DNA of 64,000 bases from Balanoglossus misakiensis (taxonomy: Eukaryota > Animalia > Hemichordata): the NCBI GenBank assembly GCA_040954595.2, contig CM082582.2, positions 62,001 to 126,000 of the forward strand, in the 5' to 3' direction. This document shows positions 37,370-51,837 of this stretch, in pieces (the stretch's first letter is position 1; every line of letters begins with the position of its first letter). A program made the translations under genes and the position numbers. The notes beneath the pieces were generated by a model, which was not told the origin of the DNA, ran no database searches, and saw only the letters and a program-made list of their open reading frames with translations.

Positions 37370-40300
37370 ATGTAACACATGTTTGCCCAGTGTAGCAGGT
37401 TGGACAGTTGCAGGTGTAGATTGAGCAGGAGCCTTGAAGTGGCTGATACACTCCGTTATTCAGACATGGGTTTAGAAGACACTGGTTGATCGCTAAGGGT
37501 GAGAGAAATGAAAAGTATCACATTAGGGTCTTACACACTTGAGTGGGAAGTGAAATCTGTAGCAGACTGTCAGAAGATTGCACATCCGTGTGATCATGTT
37601 CATGTGTGAAGGATAATGAAGACCACTTGATCCAAGCTTGGTGCTACCATCTTTATCATAATTACAGCATCTTATAATATTTACTAGTTGGGGGTGGGGT
37701 GGGGTGGGGGTGGGGGTAGTTGATGTCATAACTTTCTGATGTTTCAATTTACGGTTGGAAAAATAGCAACATCTACTCTGATGAGCATTTGAGTCAATGA
37801 AAGTATACATCATGGCTACGGTAGTGCATATAAGTCTCTTGGTTAGCTGCACAATCACAGGCAACTTTATTGAGACAATATCAATGACAAAGCCCAGCGA
37901 TTTCTACTTTGTGCGGCAAATCTGACACTGGTTTGCTTACGTTCAGCGCACGTGGTTCCGATGAAACAGCGCGAACTCTGGCATCTGAACTCGGTGCAGG
38001 ACACTTGCTGGCAGAATCCACTGTTTAGACAAGGGTTGGGCTGACACGGATTCAAATCTGTGCACAGAAGAGAAAGTGATATAAATTGTGTACAGTTAAT
38101 ATTTACTACATATACTTTAAACAGATTTGTGCAGTCAGGGTTGAGTGGTAAAAATCTCAGTTGGTCAACAGAACATCACTGTGACAAATTTCTTCCATGT
38201 TCAACAAAAGAAACGTAATGAAATTTTGACACAGGTGTAATAGTGTCTTAGTGTACCATACGGTGCAGGTTGTTGTTTGGTCAAATACACAATCCCCTTT
38301 TATGGCACACACATTCTTAATAAATTTCCCCAAAATTGTGTCGTTATTCACTGTTTGATACAGGTTGGAAGAAACCAACTGCAAGCCGATTATGTGTTAT
38401 GTTATTATGTTCCTCTTCATCTGAAATTTAAAATCACTCACATGTCTGACATAAATCGCCGGAGTAACAGCTTGTACAGGAGCATGTGAATTCAGTACAC
38501 CAATTGGGCGTCAGCACACAGTTTCCACCATTCTGACACTGGATGGGTTGACACTGGTTGACAGCTGTGGGATGTGCAGTCAAGATATTGTCAAAATTAC
38601 AGAATCTACAAACTACACTCCACAGTCATGTACATGTATACATGACAACAACCAAAGGGCTGTTTTGAAAAACCAAATGCTGTGAAATCCTTTAGAGTGT
38701 GACAAGAAACCACAGTTGCAACCGAAAACAAAAATAGTGATAACATTAAGCTAGCCCAAAGTTTGAGTTACCAGGGCTTTAATATGTGTACCGTACTTAT
38801 ATTATATAATACATAACAGGTGTTTTGCATTGAATAAAATAATATTGGTTTGTACTTACGCATTGTAAATGTGGCACCAGTGAAGCATTCGGTACACATA
38901 CAGTCAAACAGGAAACAGCCGTCTCGCGCAACGCATGTGCCACCATTTTGACAAGGCATAGAGTATAACTGATCAATGGCTGCCAAAACAAAAATGAAAG
39001 TATCAATTACCTGCTTGTCAAAAACTTGTACATGTACTTGTGATGTTCATTTCGTTTAAATATGTGAGCAATGTCTTCATTCCTTGTTTCAAACCTGTAC
39101 ATTTAAAATAACATAATGATGCTATTGCTAGGATTTTTCTGTAAGAATCTTGAAAAATTAAAAAATGTGCCGTCAACATGATACAGAAGGCTTTCCTTTT
39201 TAACGTGCATCTCACACTCAATTTTGACCCTACATCAGCAAATTTTGAAAGGATGAAACTTAGTAATGCTTCCACCCCATTTATTGGTGTATGGGTCCAT
39301 CTATCACATTGAGAATACCAAAAATGAGGGTTTATATACCACGCTGTGTCATAAAACAGTAATTCGACACACCTACGGCACAGATGGCCCCAGTCCAACA
39401 CTACTGGCAGTAACAGGTGTAGTCAGTATAAGAATTTGGTGTTTGGGAACAATAGCCTCCATTTTGACACGGATTCTGATCACATGGGTTAATGACTATC
39501 AGAAAAAAAATAGTTTAAAAAACATGAAATGCAGATGGCTACACCTCAACCAAAGATGATTCCTGCACCACAACAAAATCCTTTGACACAAGCATTATAC
39601 TGGAACCATACCCAGAACACGCATTAAGTATATGATGAAGGGACAATGTCTCTATTTTGGGTAATACAGTAAAACCTGTCTTTATGGACACCTCTCTAAT
39701 CAGAACACCTAGTAAGATTGATTTTTCAAGCCAAATAGTAAGGATAATTAAGGACGTCTCTTTTACTTAATACTCAGATGTGTGCACCACCTTAGGAGAG
39801 ATTACCTCATATGCACAATTATCTCTACAGACACTAGTCTTCAAGAGGCAACTCTTGTATATTTGAGTGATGAAAACATCCAGCTTCGTACACTTCCTCA
39901 CAAGTTCGTGCCTATCCTAAATTGCACGGACATACAAATGAAATTTCTGTTTTCTTTTCTCTTGGTGAAATTTTAGAAATGAGATGTTACCACACAATTC
40001 AATTGCCATGAAGAGAAAGTGCCCAAAAGATTGTCATTTACGGTACGTCAGAAACTTACATATTTCACAACGGTTACCCTCATAGCAACCAGTACAGGCA
40101 CAGGTATATGCCGTGCAGGAGTTGGCCACTGCATTACATACAGCCCCGTTGAGACAGCTGTTTCGCTGGCATGGATCTTGGACTGCAATAAAAAGTGCAA
40201 CCTAATGTTATCTCAGCAATATTTACTTTCAAAATCTGTTTGATAAAAACATCATCATTACCATTACTGTAAATACTGAACGGAACTTCACTTCCAAAAA

Positions 40301-43300
40301 CAACTTCCTCATTCTGGGACGCACTTGTGGGGCTATGAAAATCTCTGTATATGTATCTTGTGTAGGGAAAATTTTCATGAACGATCAACATTTTTTTCTT
40401 CAAATAAACATGTTTTCTTTCAGTTGTACATCATTTTTGAGGTGAACGATTCCCAAGGCCCAAGGTGTGATGCTGAAGATGAAAATATAAAGTATGACCA
40501 ACAGACAATGTATTGAGACATGATTGTAAATGTTAGTTCCTGCATGACAAAATGTTTGTTTTAATGAGTTTTACACTGGCTGCAGTGTGTGCCGGTGAAA
40601 CATCCTGGACAAGTACACTCATAAGTTGTACACGACAGCCGAGTACACTGCCCATTGTTCAGGCATGGACTTGGCCTACATGGAGTTTGTTCTGTTTCAA
40701 TGGAATGAAAATAAATAAATAGTAGTGACATAAGTTTTTAGGGTATGACCATTTCCTTAATTCCTACAGCTGTGGTTCTATCGGGTTCTCCTATAACTAA
40801 GCCTCCTTAATGTATAACTGAACAATAAGAATTACTTATTATACTTTTGGGAGTTTAGGACTTAGTAATTGCAAAAAAGACTCAATTCCTGAAAGTGCCT
40901 ATTTGGTTTGTCACATCCTAAATATACAGGTAATTTCATAGCTGCCAGCTATGACAAATATACCGGTATGAGGGGGGAAAAACAGTTCCTCGTCTGATAA
41001 ATTTACCTTGGTCACAGGTGATTCCAATGATACAGCCTTGACAGCGACAGGTAAACGCACTGCACGATCCACTGATTGGCTCACAGATACCGTTGTTCAT
41101 GCACGGATTGGGAGAACATTGATCGAGTCCTGGGGGTTGCATGTAAATCAACCAACAATTGCACATTAACATCACAAGTCATTTCACTATTTTTTCATTC
41201 CAAACTTAAAAGATTGCTTGTAACTTGCTGAACAAATATTCATATGGACAGACTATTCTAGCTTGGAACAGGCAAAATCAAGGGTGCCCTGACGCCCAAC
41301 TTTTAAGAGCAGTTCATTTACTGAAACTGCCAGCACCCAATATTATCCCACATGTAATCAATATGTGGAAATCAAATACATCTGTAACAGTTTTAATTTA
41401 CCATGTGGGTATTTGCATGGAGGGCCATGGTATTTGTTACCTACTGATAAAATACCCTTCAAAACAATATCCTCATTTCTTCAGAAGTTTGGCAACAAGA
41501 CCAATAAAGTTTCACATCAAAATTTACAATGTATAAATAAGCTTAAAAGATCTACGGAATGAAGATGGCTTGTTTGTTTGCAGGGTGTCTTGAAAGTATA
41601 TACTCACTTGTTTGACCATGGACCCTAGAGAAAGAAGGACGCGCAACTCCAGTTTTTTCTTGAAATGATGTTCTTTTGCATACATTATTTCCAGATAAAT
41701 CCCAATAATCCAATTTGCAAATAAACTGTGTATAAACTAACGCAAAGTCTCGTGTTTTGTGTGAAGTTATCACAACACCTCAGAACATCTCGCAGAAGAC
41801 GAGAAAACTGCAACGTGGTTGAACGCAGCGATTATTTATGGAACACATCTGGACAAGTTAAACAGGAATTTGAATCTGAGTCTGACAGCGTCCAAAACAA
41901 GCATCTTTTGTCTAACAGTCCGGGTATTTCACAAGGCTGTGAGCTAACCGTACCGAGGGTTGCCTGGCGGCCATAGCGCACACATGATAATCCACCCAGT
42001 TTGTTTACAAATTGTTTTCGTGAAATCTGTTTTATTGTTCACGCAATGCGAAATAAAATGCCCCTAAACCACAATGTTTATTTCAATGCTTCACGCAAAC
42101 ATAAAATTATTACGAAAAGTGTCAGCGTTACTAAGAAATATGAGTGCCCAGTCGGACATGCAAAAAACATGGATGATTTGTTTACAATTTTTAAATGAAG
42201 CTTGTGGCACTAGAAATGACCGTTCAACCGACAGACGAACACCAAACCATAATAATTAGCACAGACATCGTAATACTTTTAGAATTTTAGAAAAAAACGC
42301 AGTGGCTGCTGAAATGCAGTAGTGCCAGTTTGGTGGCAAGTTTTCGCATCACTGGTGGGGTCGACACGTGCCGAAGTAAGGAAGTCATTGTCCGACTGTC
42401 CTGGGTGTTAATTATATACAAAAAAACATCATCATACAGATAATCCCCAAACCCTTTGATCTTTGCCGCAGTTGCTCGCCCTTCTTTCTCTAGGGTCTAT
42501 GGTTTGACAGATGTCACCTGTGTAAGAGTTCACACACTGGCATGAATAGAAATTGCACGATGTTTGCTGGCAAAATCCACCATTCATACATGGGTTGGGA
42601 TCATAGGGGTTTTGCACTGGAAATTAAGAAAGGACGCCATTTTATTCCTTGCTACTCATTCTACAGTACAGATATGGCAAAAACCTTGCAGAATTATGGC
42701 AAGGGTGTGTGGAGTGATTGTGCCTACAACTTATATTAGGCTGGTATCAAGTTGTTCACACCTCCATAGATCACGTGGCAGTGACTGTGAGGCAAGGGCT
42801 TCCCTTCATGAAATCAAAGACCTGTGTACTGGAGGAGGGTTCCTTGCAAATGCTTGACTTGACTTCAAGCACACCTGTAGACTCATATGTAAATTTACAC
42901 TATCTGGCCTGGAGTGAGAATTTCCATAGTGGATGTGTGTTGACAAAAGGCAGTAAAATTGGCCAGTCGCGCATAATGTTTCTTGAACCAAGACAATCAA
43001 GACATTATGCGCCACGAAAGTGATTTTGATTGGAAAGAGTGTAATCTTGCATTCGATGTCAAGAACTCTCCAAGCTCTGCTGTGGTGATGGCTACACCTA
43101 TGCTCAGGAAACATGCAGTATTTGAATGAGACTGCGCTGTATACTTACATATCTCACACCTATCACCTTTGTAGCAACCAGTACATATGCAGGTGAGATC
43201 AAAGCAGGAATTTCGAGCCGGTTGACAGAAGCCACCATTCTGGCACGGATTTGGTTGACACTGGTTGAGTCCTGCAAGGAAAAGGGTCAAATTTTCCATG

Positions 43301-43645
43301 ATCATCAGGGGTGAGTTTCCTTCAAAAATTGTGATGTGACAAACCGACAAATTAGCATATTAGCATAATCAGAATAAATAAAAAAAATGCACAGGTAGTT
43401 TAAAAGAACAAAAACTTTCGAAACGGAATAGAGCTAAGCTGCTATCCCTTTCTATTTTTGTGTTTGTACAACATCAGTGAAGTTTAAATCATAATAAAAA
43501 AATGATAATTATCATTATTAACTGCTACAGATTCAAACTTACTTGTCTCACAACTGGTTCCCTAGTAACACTCTGTGCACATGCAAATTGTGGCAGTACA
43601 AGAATTTACCTGTTGTTGGCAGGTACCTCCATTGAGACAAGGACT
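37370..43645 (-). pseudogene. 8-Cys EGF exon array (exons a-k), copy 3
   Basis: Same exons and splice sites as copies 1 and 2. Confidence 0.87.
41620..42498. mobile_element. AT-TSD TIR MITE, copy 3
   Basis: Same TIRs as 9236-10115. Confidence 0.75.
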
Positions 43646-43695
43646 TCATAAGTTGTCTGAAAACACCAGTTTGCCCAATTTTCACTAATGTATAG

Positions 43696-44361
43696 GAATA
43701 CATGAGAAGTCGGCCAGATTAGAAGTCGGCCAGTTCGCGCGCATGAGAAGTCGGCCAGTATGAGAAGTCGGCCAGTTGTTGAACTTGTACCCGAATAGTG
43801 CAGTAATGACCCAGATTACTTATAACAACACTTAATAAAATATAATTGCACTAAATATTTTCATTTGGACGGATTTCCCAAATTCTTGACAACACAATGG
43901 CGTCATTTCAAATAATGGCGTCTGGCATCCGTACCAGTTCCCCAGCCCCGTATCCGCGTAAGGAGCTTAGGTTGTTCGCCAAATTCCTGTGACATTTCTG
44001 ATTAAAGGGAGTTGTTTCAAAGCCTACTAAAATACATAGAAGATGTATGTGTATATTCATACTTTCTGAGACAACACCAAACAAACAAACAAACAAACGT
44101 GACAAGGAACAGACTACTGGCGCAGCTCAAGAAGTGCAGGTGACTGATGTTGACGTACCCCGGTGACGTACATGAAAAGTGAACAGACAGTTTTAAAATT
44201 CATCGGCTATTTGTACAAATATCTCAGCTCCTGTACATCAAGGAAACATTTCGTAGTGAAACAGTTATATATAACACAAAGTACCAGGGTTCTCTCCCAC
44301 AGGCCGACTTCTCGTACTGGCCGAGACCGACTTCTCATACTGGTTGACTTCTCAGGACACC
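43696..44361. mobile_element. Mutator-like foldback MITE, copy 3
   Basis: Same termini and TSD. Confidence 0.7.
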
Positions 44362-44472
44362 ATGTATAGCTAGCTGTTGAACTCAAAAAATATGTAAAAC
44401 TACAAGTGATGTAAACAACTTGTGGAACCATGTTCAAATCGAGACAAGAAGAAAAGGGATTTCAAGACTTAC

Positions 44473-47175
44473 CTCCTTCAGCACGTTACTGCCCTGTAGC
44501 GCACTGTGTGACACTTGTAGTTGTGCATTCATAACCAGAAGGACGTGGCCGAACCTAGCGAGTATGAACCTATCACAGAAAAAATTCAAAGAACGATTTT
44601 TACCACCATGGTTTGGTCCAACGATCCCTTATTAGAGAGATGTCCGTAATCACAGGTTTTACTGTACAATACCTCTTCAGTGGAATCATTGTGTTTTTCA
44701 AAGTGCATCACAATATCAACTCCAATAAGCATAACAGTTTAATTTTCTGTGTATGCCATGCTATAACACAGGGAAGTCACAAGAGTGATTTGCAGCCCAA
44801 CTTACCAGTAACTGTTGAACAATCCACTACAGGTGACATGGTTGGACACTTGGATCCCGCTGGACAAGGCGTGCATGTGCCGTCGCCTTCCATAGCATAT
44901 TCACCATTGCCACAGTCGAGCGGATCTTACATTGGATCTGAACACGATTGTCCAGCAGGGCACAGAAGACAGGATGTGCGTGCAGGCTCCTCACTTATTT
45001 CATCTGATTAAAGAAAATGAGGTTTTTAGTGATGTATTTGTGATACAGTGTCATTTAAAATAACAAATTACTTGAGATGATTCACTTCATAATTCTGAGA
45101 CAAGTATACAGGCATGTAGAAAATTCTTTGGAGGACATTAAACGTCATTTCTAATCAACCATTTTCTGAATATCATAAGACTCTGCGAGATCTCACATGG
45201 CTAACCGGGTCTCGCAAGATCTCGCACTGAGTTGATAATCTGTTGTAAACACATACATACATACACACACACACATACCCCAGTCGCACTGACTTGAAAA
45301 TCTGTTGTAAACACATACATGCATACACACATACCCCTCAGTTTCATCACACAGCAAACTGAACAAGTACCACAATCTTACCATTTGTACATCTGGTACA
45401 TTTTGTTGCACCAGCCAATGACACGTAACCCTTGGTACACTTGAATTGCGATGCACTGGGATCTATGCAGGCGTACCCTTGCTCACAAATAGTACAATGT
45501 TCAGCACCAGCTGATCTGTAAATCAAACAGAGAATTTACACACCAAGTTAACCTTTGAATACCACTGTAAAAATTTGGTGCAAATTTTAATTATTTTCAT
45601 AAATAGAGGTCTATTCAAATTTGGAAAAATTGTCATTTTTTCATTCATATATTATATCAGTAAATTTTAAATACAGAAATAGAAAATGATCCCATCCTAT
45701 TTTTCAGTTAGTAAATTACCTGACCTAATGTTTGATGTTAGAAATAAAGGTGGGTGGGTAGAAGTTTACCTGTTATGCAAGAGGTACAGCGAGACATCCT
45801 TTGTCCAAGGCCGAACTGTAATAACCAGCCGAGCATAAAATCACAGTGTTACCATTTGGACATTGGTTACCAGCTGGGCAATCAGCACATGATGTTTGTG
45901 CTGAAAATAAACAGAGATTTATAGAATCTTATAGTCACAGTCATACCTTCAAAGACGTGGGATTCTCACGCGGGTTGGGGAGACAAAAATCCCTGGCAAA
46001 AGATTGAGGACAGGAAAATGCCAATCCAGAGATATTGGTAACAGAAACTGTGTACAGTCAATGCCATACGGCAGTGTGCTGTTCTAACAACAGACAAGAT
46101 CGTGACGATCATAGTCTGTGTCGGAGATTTGGGTAAGAGCAAATTTGGTGAAAAGACGGGACAAAACAAAAGTCTACTTATACGATGCACATGAAAACTG
46201 GATGAAAGCGAAGCAGTCCACTATTTGAATGCATTGGATGAAAAATTGGCAGAATATTTGGACTGGACGTAATGTTTGTACGCACAGAATTACGTACATG
46301 CACATAAGATGATCGTCCGCCTTAAAGGCACGTAAGCTGCAACTGGATAAAAAAATTAAAGTTTTAAATAATCTCATATATGCTTTTAATTATGTCTATT
46401 AAATGATATTTCATGATAATATATCAAGCTCAACACTTATTTATGACACAATGTTTATTTATGACACATTGTTTCTTGCATTTTCCCACGGTGGCGGCCA
46501 TAATCGCTTGCGGCAAAGCTATATTAAAGAAAAAACGAAAATTCCTGCAATTTTAAAAAAAGTGCAATATTGCAATGAAAAATGGAAATCTGATGTCTCA
46601 GTGGTGTACATTTACTTCCATGAGCTCAAGTGGATGAGATCATGTTTTGTTTATGAAGTTTCACAACCGGAAATGCAACATTTTCATTGTTTCTTGCATT
46701 TTCCCAGGGTGGCGGCCATAATCGCTTGCGGCAAAGCTTTATTATTTATCTGGTTAAAACTTGCATATGCACTCATATTTAGGGTTTATAATGCTTGTGT
46801 ATAGTTCACTGCCTTCATCTGCATGGACTAATGGTAGTGCAGTTTTAAACAAAAATTATGAAAATTATCCCAAAAGTTACAGCTTACGTGCCTTTAAGTG
46901 AAAGATTACACAGTAATGCCCAAACTTTAAGTGCTGACTCACCATCTATATTAGTGTAGTATCCATCTTCACACACCTCTGGCTCCGACATACCATCATA
47001 TTGGCACTTATACCCGGGGCAGGACAAGGCGTACAGTCTATACTTCCATTGTTGGCAAAATATCCCAGTCCGCATTGTGTTGGTGATGAGAGGCTGGCTG
47101 TTCCACACATGAAACCCCTGGACACAGCGTGCATGCTTCAGAACATGCTGAACTTTAACTTCCAGCTGCGCAGTC
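44473..47175 (-). pseudogene. Cys-rich (GCC2/GCC3-like) exon cluster, copy 3
   Basis: Colinear with 11940-14581. Confidence 0.83.
46326..46893. mobile_element. Kolobok-like MITE A, copy 3 (with +62-bp templated insertion)
   Basis: TTAA TSD and TIRs as in copy 1. Confidence 0.85.
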
Positions 47176-47241
47176 CTGTAGGAGTGAAGACGTCAACTAT
47201 TAAGGAGGTTTAGGAGCCCTCTAGCCAGCAAACTTCATCAA

Positions 47242-47646
47242 GGATGTATGTGCAGAACATAAACCGGAAACACTGCGTGTCCGGTCTTTTTCCCATAGGA
47301 TTACATTGATAATCGCCAGAAAACAAACTTCTACTATTGTCATTTTCACGAAATTTTACACATAGCTCAGTCCAGCAAATATAAATTCATTGGTCAAATA
47401 AAATATAGGGGTCACCGCGCTCTTTTTTGAGATAAATTGCATTAAGAATTTTGGCCATAGACAAACAAACCATTGGTGAAAAATGCTGAGTCAGCAGATT
47501 TCTTCTATTATCGACCAATTTCATGGCTCTGTATTTCAAAAACAAGCGCGGTGACCCTATATTTTATTACGGATTTTCATTATACATACAAAAGAGAATA
47601 AAAAAATTTACAATTAAAAAAATGACAATACTATGAACGTACATCC
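47242..47646. mobile_element. Kolobok-like MITE B, copy 3
   Basis: GGATGTATGT...ACGTACATCC|TTAA; small deletion near the right end. Confidence 0.75.
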
Positions 47647-48131
47647 TTAATGTTACTTAGGTAGTGGAGCACCAAAACCCAAATTTTCATATCGATTGTG
47701 TATTTTGTGATAAAAGCACCAAACTTGGCTCAGATGTGTGTTAATGTGTACTGAACAAACTCAGATAGCGAGTTACTAAATATCTGTTGAAGAGTTTCCA
47801 TGGCAACCATTTTTTTTCAAAATGGCCGCAAATACAGATAATCACACCTGTTAAACATCAAAATAAATTCAGATTACAATATTTGAAACAAGAAACTACG
47901 GAAAGAATGGTTTGCAATAGAACTATGGTTATTAAACTACAAATGTACTTATACGGGTAACTAAGGGATCAAAATACAGGTGCAACTTTCAATCCCTGGT
48001 ACTCGCATTAGTATAGGTGCTCCCCCTAGTCAAACATTACGGCTAGTTGCGATATTTAACTTGAAGTACGTAAATTACACACACACGAATTGCAACAGTT
48101 AGCGAGTCACTAAATATCTATTGAAGAGTGA

Positions 48132-50141
48132 CTATGCAGTATTCAAGATCCACCTTTTCCACAATACGTGTGAACTTCTACTCTCTACATGGAATGTCCG
48201 CTCAGCTAGATGCAAATCATTAGACATTGCAGACTACGTCACAGATAAAGAAATTGATATTCTTGTACTCACTGAAACATGGTTGAAGGAATCTGGTGAC
48301 GAACACGTAATGGCTGAATGTACACCACCAGGCTATGCTGTCAAACATCTACCTGGGGTTGGCAAGATCGGTGGAGGCTTAGCTTAAATTCATAAGCTAG
48401 CACTAAAATTAACAGCTTGGAAGCCTATTCTCTCTGTTAAATCTTTTGAGGCAGCGGAAGCAACTATTCTTCACCAGAAACTTTCCATGAAAATAATTCT
48501 TGTCTACCGTCCACCACCATCAGTTAATAATAAATTCACCGCACCACAGTTCATGGAAGAGTTCAGTACAACACTTGAGAAGTATGTCACCTGCTCAAGT
48601 AATCTCTTCATCGTAGGAGATTTCAATATTCACCTAGAAGATGATAAGAATCCAGTAACACAGAAATTCAATGGAATCATCAGCGCCTGTAATCTGAAAC
48701 AATGGGTCCAACAACCAACACACAGAAAGGGTCATACTCTTGATCTCATCTTATCTAACTCTGCGTCTAACATCAAGAGTGTCTCTGTAGACTGCTTGGA
48801 ACTCTCTGATCACAATCCTGTCAATGCAAAACTTGCTCTTCCGAAACCAACACACAGTAGACGTCAAATATCTTATCGTCGTATCTGCCACTTCAATTGA
48901 TAGTTTCAGCCATGATCTCGACAAAATACATCAAATGTCCTAGCCTCGAAATGACCTCTCCTCAGCCATATCAGCTTATAACCAACACGTCAGTCTCCAT
49001 CTAAAACATGTGTACTTGATGTCATCCCTACAGCACTTGTTAAGCAATGTCTTGGTAATCAGCTCACTATCATAGCCACAATTATCAATTTGTCACTCAA
49101 AACTGGAACTGTTCCTGAATAACTTAAAATAGCAGTCATCACACCAATATACTCAAGAAACCTTCGCTCGACAAAAACATTTTCAAGAACTATAGACCAG
49201 TTTCAAACCTAACCTTCCTGTCAAAAGTAATCGGGAAGATTGTAGCACAACAACTGACATCATATTTGACTACCAACTCACTACAAGAACCACTGCAGTC
49301 AGCGTACCGAAAGGATCACAGTACCGAAACAGCACTTACTAAAGTCAACAACGATATTTGTATGGCACTGGATGCCGGTAAATGTGTACTCATGGTTCTC
49401 CTCGATCTCTCCTCTGTGTTTGATACCATAGATCATGACACAATCATCTCAAGGTTATCAAAACTGGGCATCACCAACATCCCACTACAATGGTTCTCAT
49501 CATATCTTAAGAACAGACAGCAGTTTGTATGGCACAATGTCAGAACCTCAATATCTACAATATGGAGTACCACACGGTTCAGTGCTTGGCCCACTTTTGT
49601 TCTGCAGCTACATCCAACCACTTGCTCAACTTATTTGTCACCACAACATCAATTTTCACCAATATGCCGATGACAACCAACTATACCAATATTTCTTCCA
49701 GTTAGACACCATAAGTACATTAGACAAGATGGAAAGGGCAGTTCACGAAATAAAAACCTGGATGACACATAATAAACTTCAACTCAATGGTGGCAAACCC
49801 GAGGTACTCCTGATAAGGTCTCAGTTCAACCGCTCGCCTCGTCCCATAAACCACATGAACATTGGATCATGTTGTGTTCAAATTGTGAATTCTGCACGGA
49901 ATATAGGTGTGACATTCGACGACAATTACACTTTCAATAAGCACATTAATGCAATTTGCAAGTCAATTTTCTTTCATCTGCGTCAAATCAGCCACATTCG
50001 CCGTTACCTCACTAAGGAAGTTTGCCAGATGCTGGTTCATGCTCTAATCACATCAAAACTGGACTACTGCAATGCAATACTCTGTGGTTTACCATCATCA
50101 TGCATTCAACCGCTACAGCATGCCCTGAATTCTGCAGCCAC
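48132..50141 (+). mobile_element. L2-clade LINE ORF2 remnant (APE + RT), copy 3/4 junction
   Basis: Same motifs as 15550-17559. Confidence 0.92.
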
Positions 50142-50657
50142 CATGGCCTCCTTCACAAAAACCTCACCAGACCCCATAATGCCTCCATCTCTTACACCAC
50201 ACCATATACCCACCACAAATCCTAGCCATCACCCAACCTATCATAGCCCAAACAATCCAAACCCAATCAAAATTGACCCTAGCCCCACTTATCAAGCCAT
50301 CAATGCTCAACGGCAACCCAAATAACACTTAACTTAAAGATTGGCATAAATCCAAACTCATACCACTGCCACCCCAAATATACAACACAAAGACTCAATC
50401 ACGAACCAATACCTACCATTTGTAGCAAATACACGACCAAAGATTTGATCCCATCTATCATCCATATATCATCAGAAAGTTGGGACGATGAGCAATGGGG
50501 CAGAGACTGATCATCAAAAATTTGAGACAGGGAATTCCAACAAATGAGATCATTAAGTTAAATATGCAAAGCAAATCAGAAAAGAGAATCAGAAGATTTT
50601 CTCCGAAGGACACCTTGCAAATTCATGATTGGAAAGACACTGCAGTCACATGTATAT

Positions 50658-51837
50658 TGTAGTGTCCAAACACTAGTGAGCATCTATACTTTATACATTC
50701 TGTAAAATGACGTAATGCAACATTCGGGTCATTATGAATAAAGTGCGTGAATGAGGCTAGGCACTCTCACTCTTACATGCCGGACTTCGTGTCTCATGTT
50801 GTCATTATTGCCCACCCACGATTCTATATTTGGCGACGAGGACGGAGAACATGGAGAATCAGCTAGCCGTCAATGCCGAGTTTTCCTGTTCATTCAGACC
50901 CGACAACCACCAGTACGAGATGGAAAAAGTACATGGTTAGAGTAGAAAACGCATTTGTCGCATTCAACATTACAGATGACAAGCGACAACGTGCACTGCT
51001 ATTGCACTGGGCAGGTGAGGAAGTTTCCGACTTCTTTGATACTCTACCAGATACAGGAACGAGCTGTGAAACAGCCAAATTAAAGCTTACGTCGTACTTC
51101 TCACCCAAACGGAACATTGAATACGAACGATTCATCTTCAGAGACACCATACAAAACAACCGCGAATCGATTGATGCCTATCACACTTGTTTGCAACGCC
51201 TAGCAGAAACATATGTGACTTCACCAATAAGGATCAAGAGGTCAAATCACAAATCATACGAGGATTCACATCAGCCCGTCTCAGACGTCGTGCTCTTTGG
51301 GAGGAGACGACACTAGAGAATCTACTGAGTACAGCCCGTTCATTTGAGGTATCAGAGGTTCAGGCTAGTGGGATTGAGGAGAAACCCCATAATAATGGTG
51401 CAGACACGGCATCTGTGAATGCGGTCAGAAAACAGCGCCATCAACGCCCGAAACCAAAAAAAAAAGAGAGCTCATCAGCAGCCAGCGAAAGGACCGTCCA
51501 CTTGTTATTATTGTGGTGGCACCTATCCACATGACTCAGTATGTCCAGCTAAAGGCAAGTCATGCAGGAAGTGTGGCAAACCTAACCATTTTGCCAAATG
51601 CTACCGATCAAAAGGCAAGGCAAATAGGGTAGACAAGGATGAAACTGTCAAAGCTGTGCATAAAGTGGAAGACAGCTCGGGAGATGAATACTGCTTCACT
51701 GTACAACAATCAAATGGCAGGAGGCCTCAAGTAACAGTGCAGATAGAACAAACAGCAGTTGCCTCACTGATCAACCCTGGTTCTACAATAAACATGATGA
51801 GTGTAAACACATACAACAACCTAAAGAACAAACCCAT
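50658..51837 (+). mobile_element. Gypsy LTR/gag/protease fragment, copy 4
   Basis: Colinear; extra frameshift in an A-run at ~51460; protease Asp->Asn (LINPGS). Confidence 0.88.

Larger units (their letters stand above)
32361..49391. repeat. Tandem macro-repeat unit copy 3 (17,031 bp)
   Basis: Colinear with copy 1 at offsets 32383-32594. Confidence 0.96.

Noticed and set aside
49435-50325. 296-aa RT ORF as a functional or domesticated reverse transcriptase (or retron/DGR-type system)
   Set aside because: It is a frameshifted, truncated L2 ORF2 piece lacking the N-terminal RT motifs in frame; no template/variable repeat pair or ncRNA is evident
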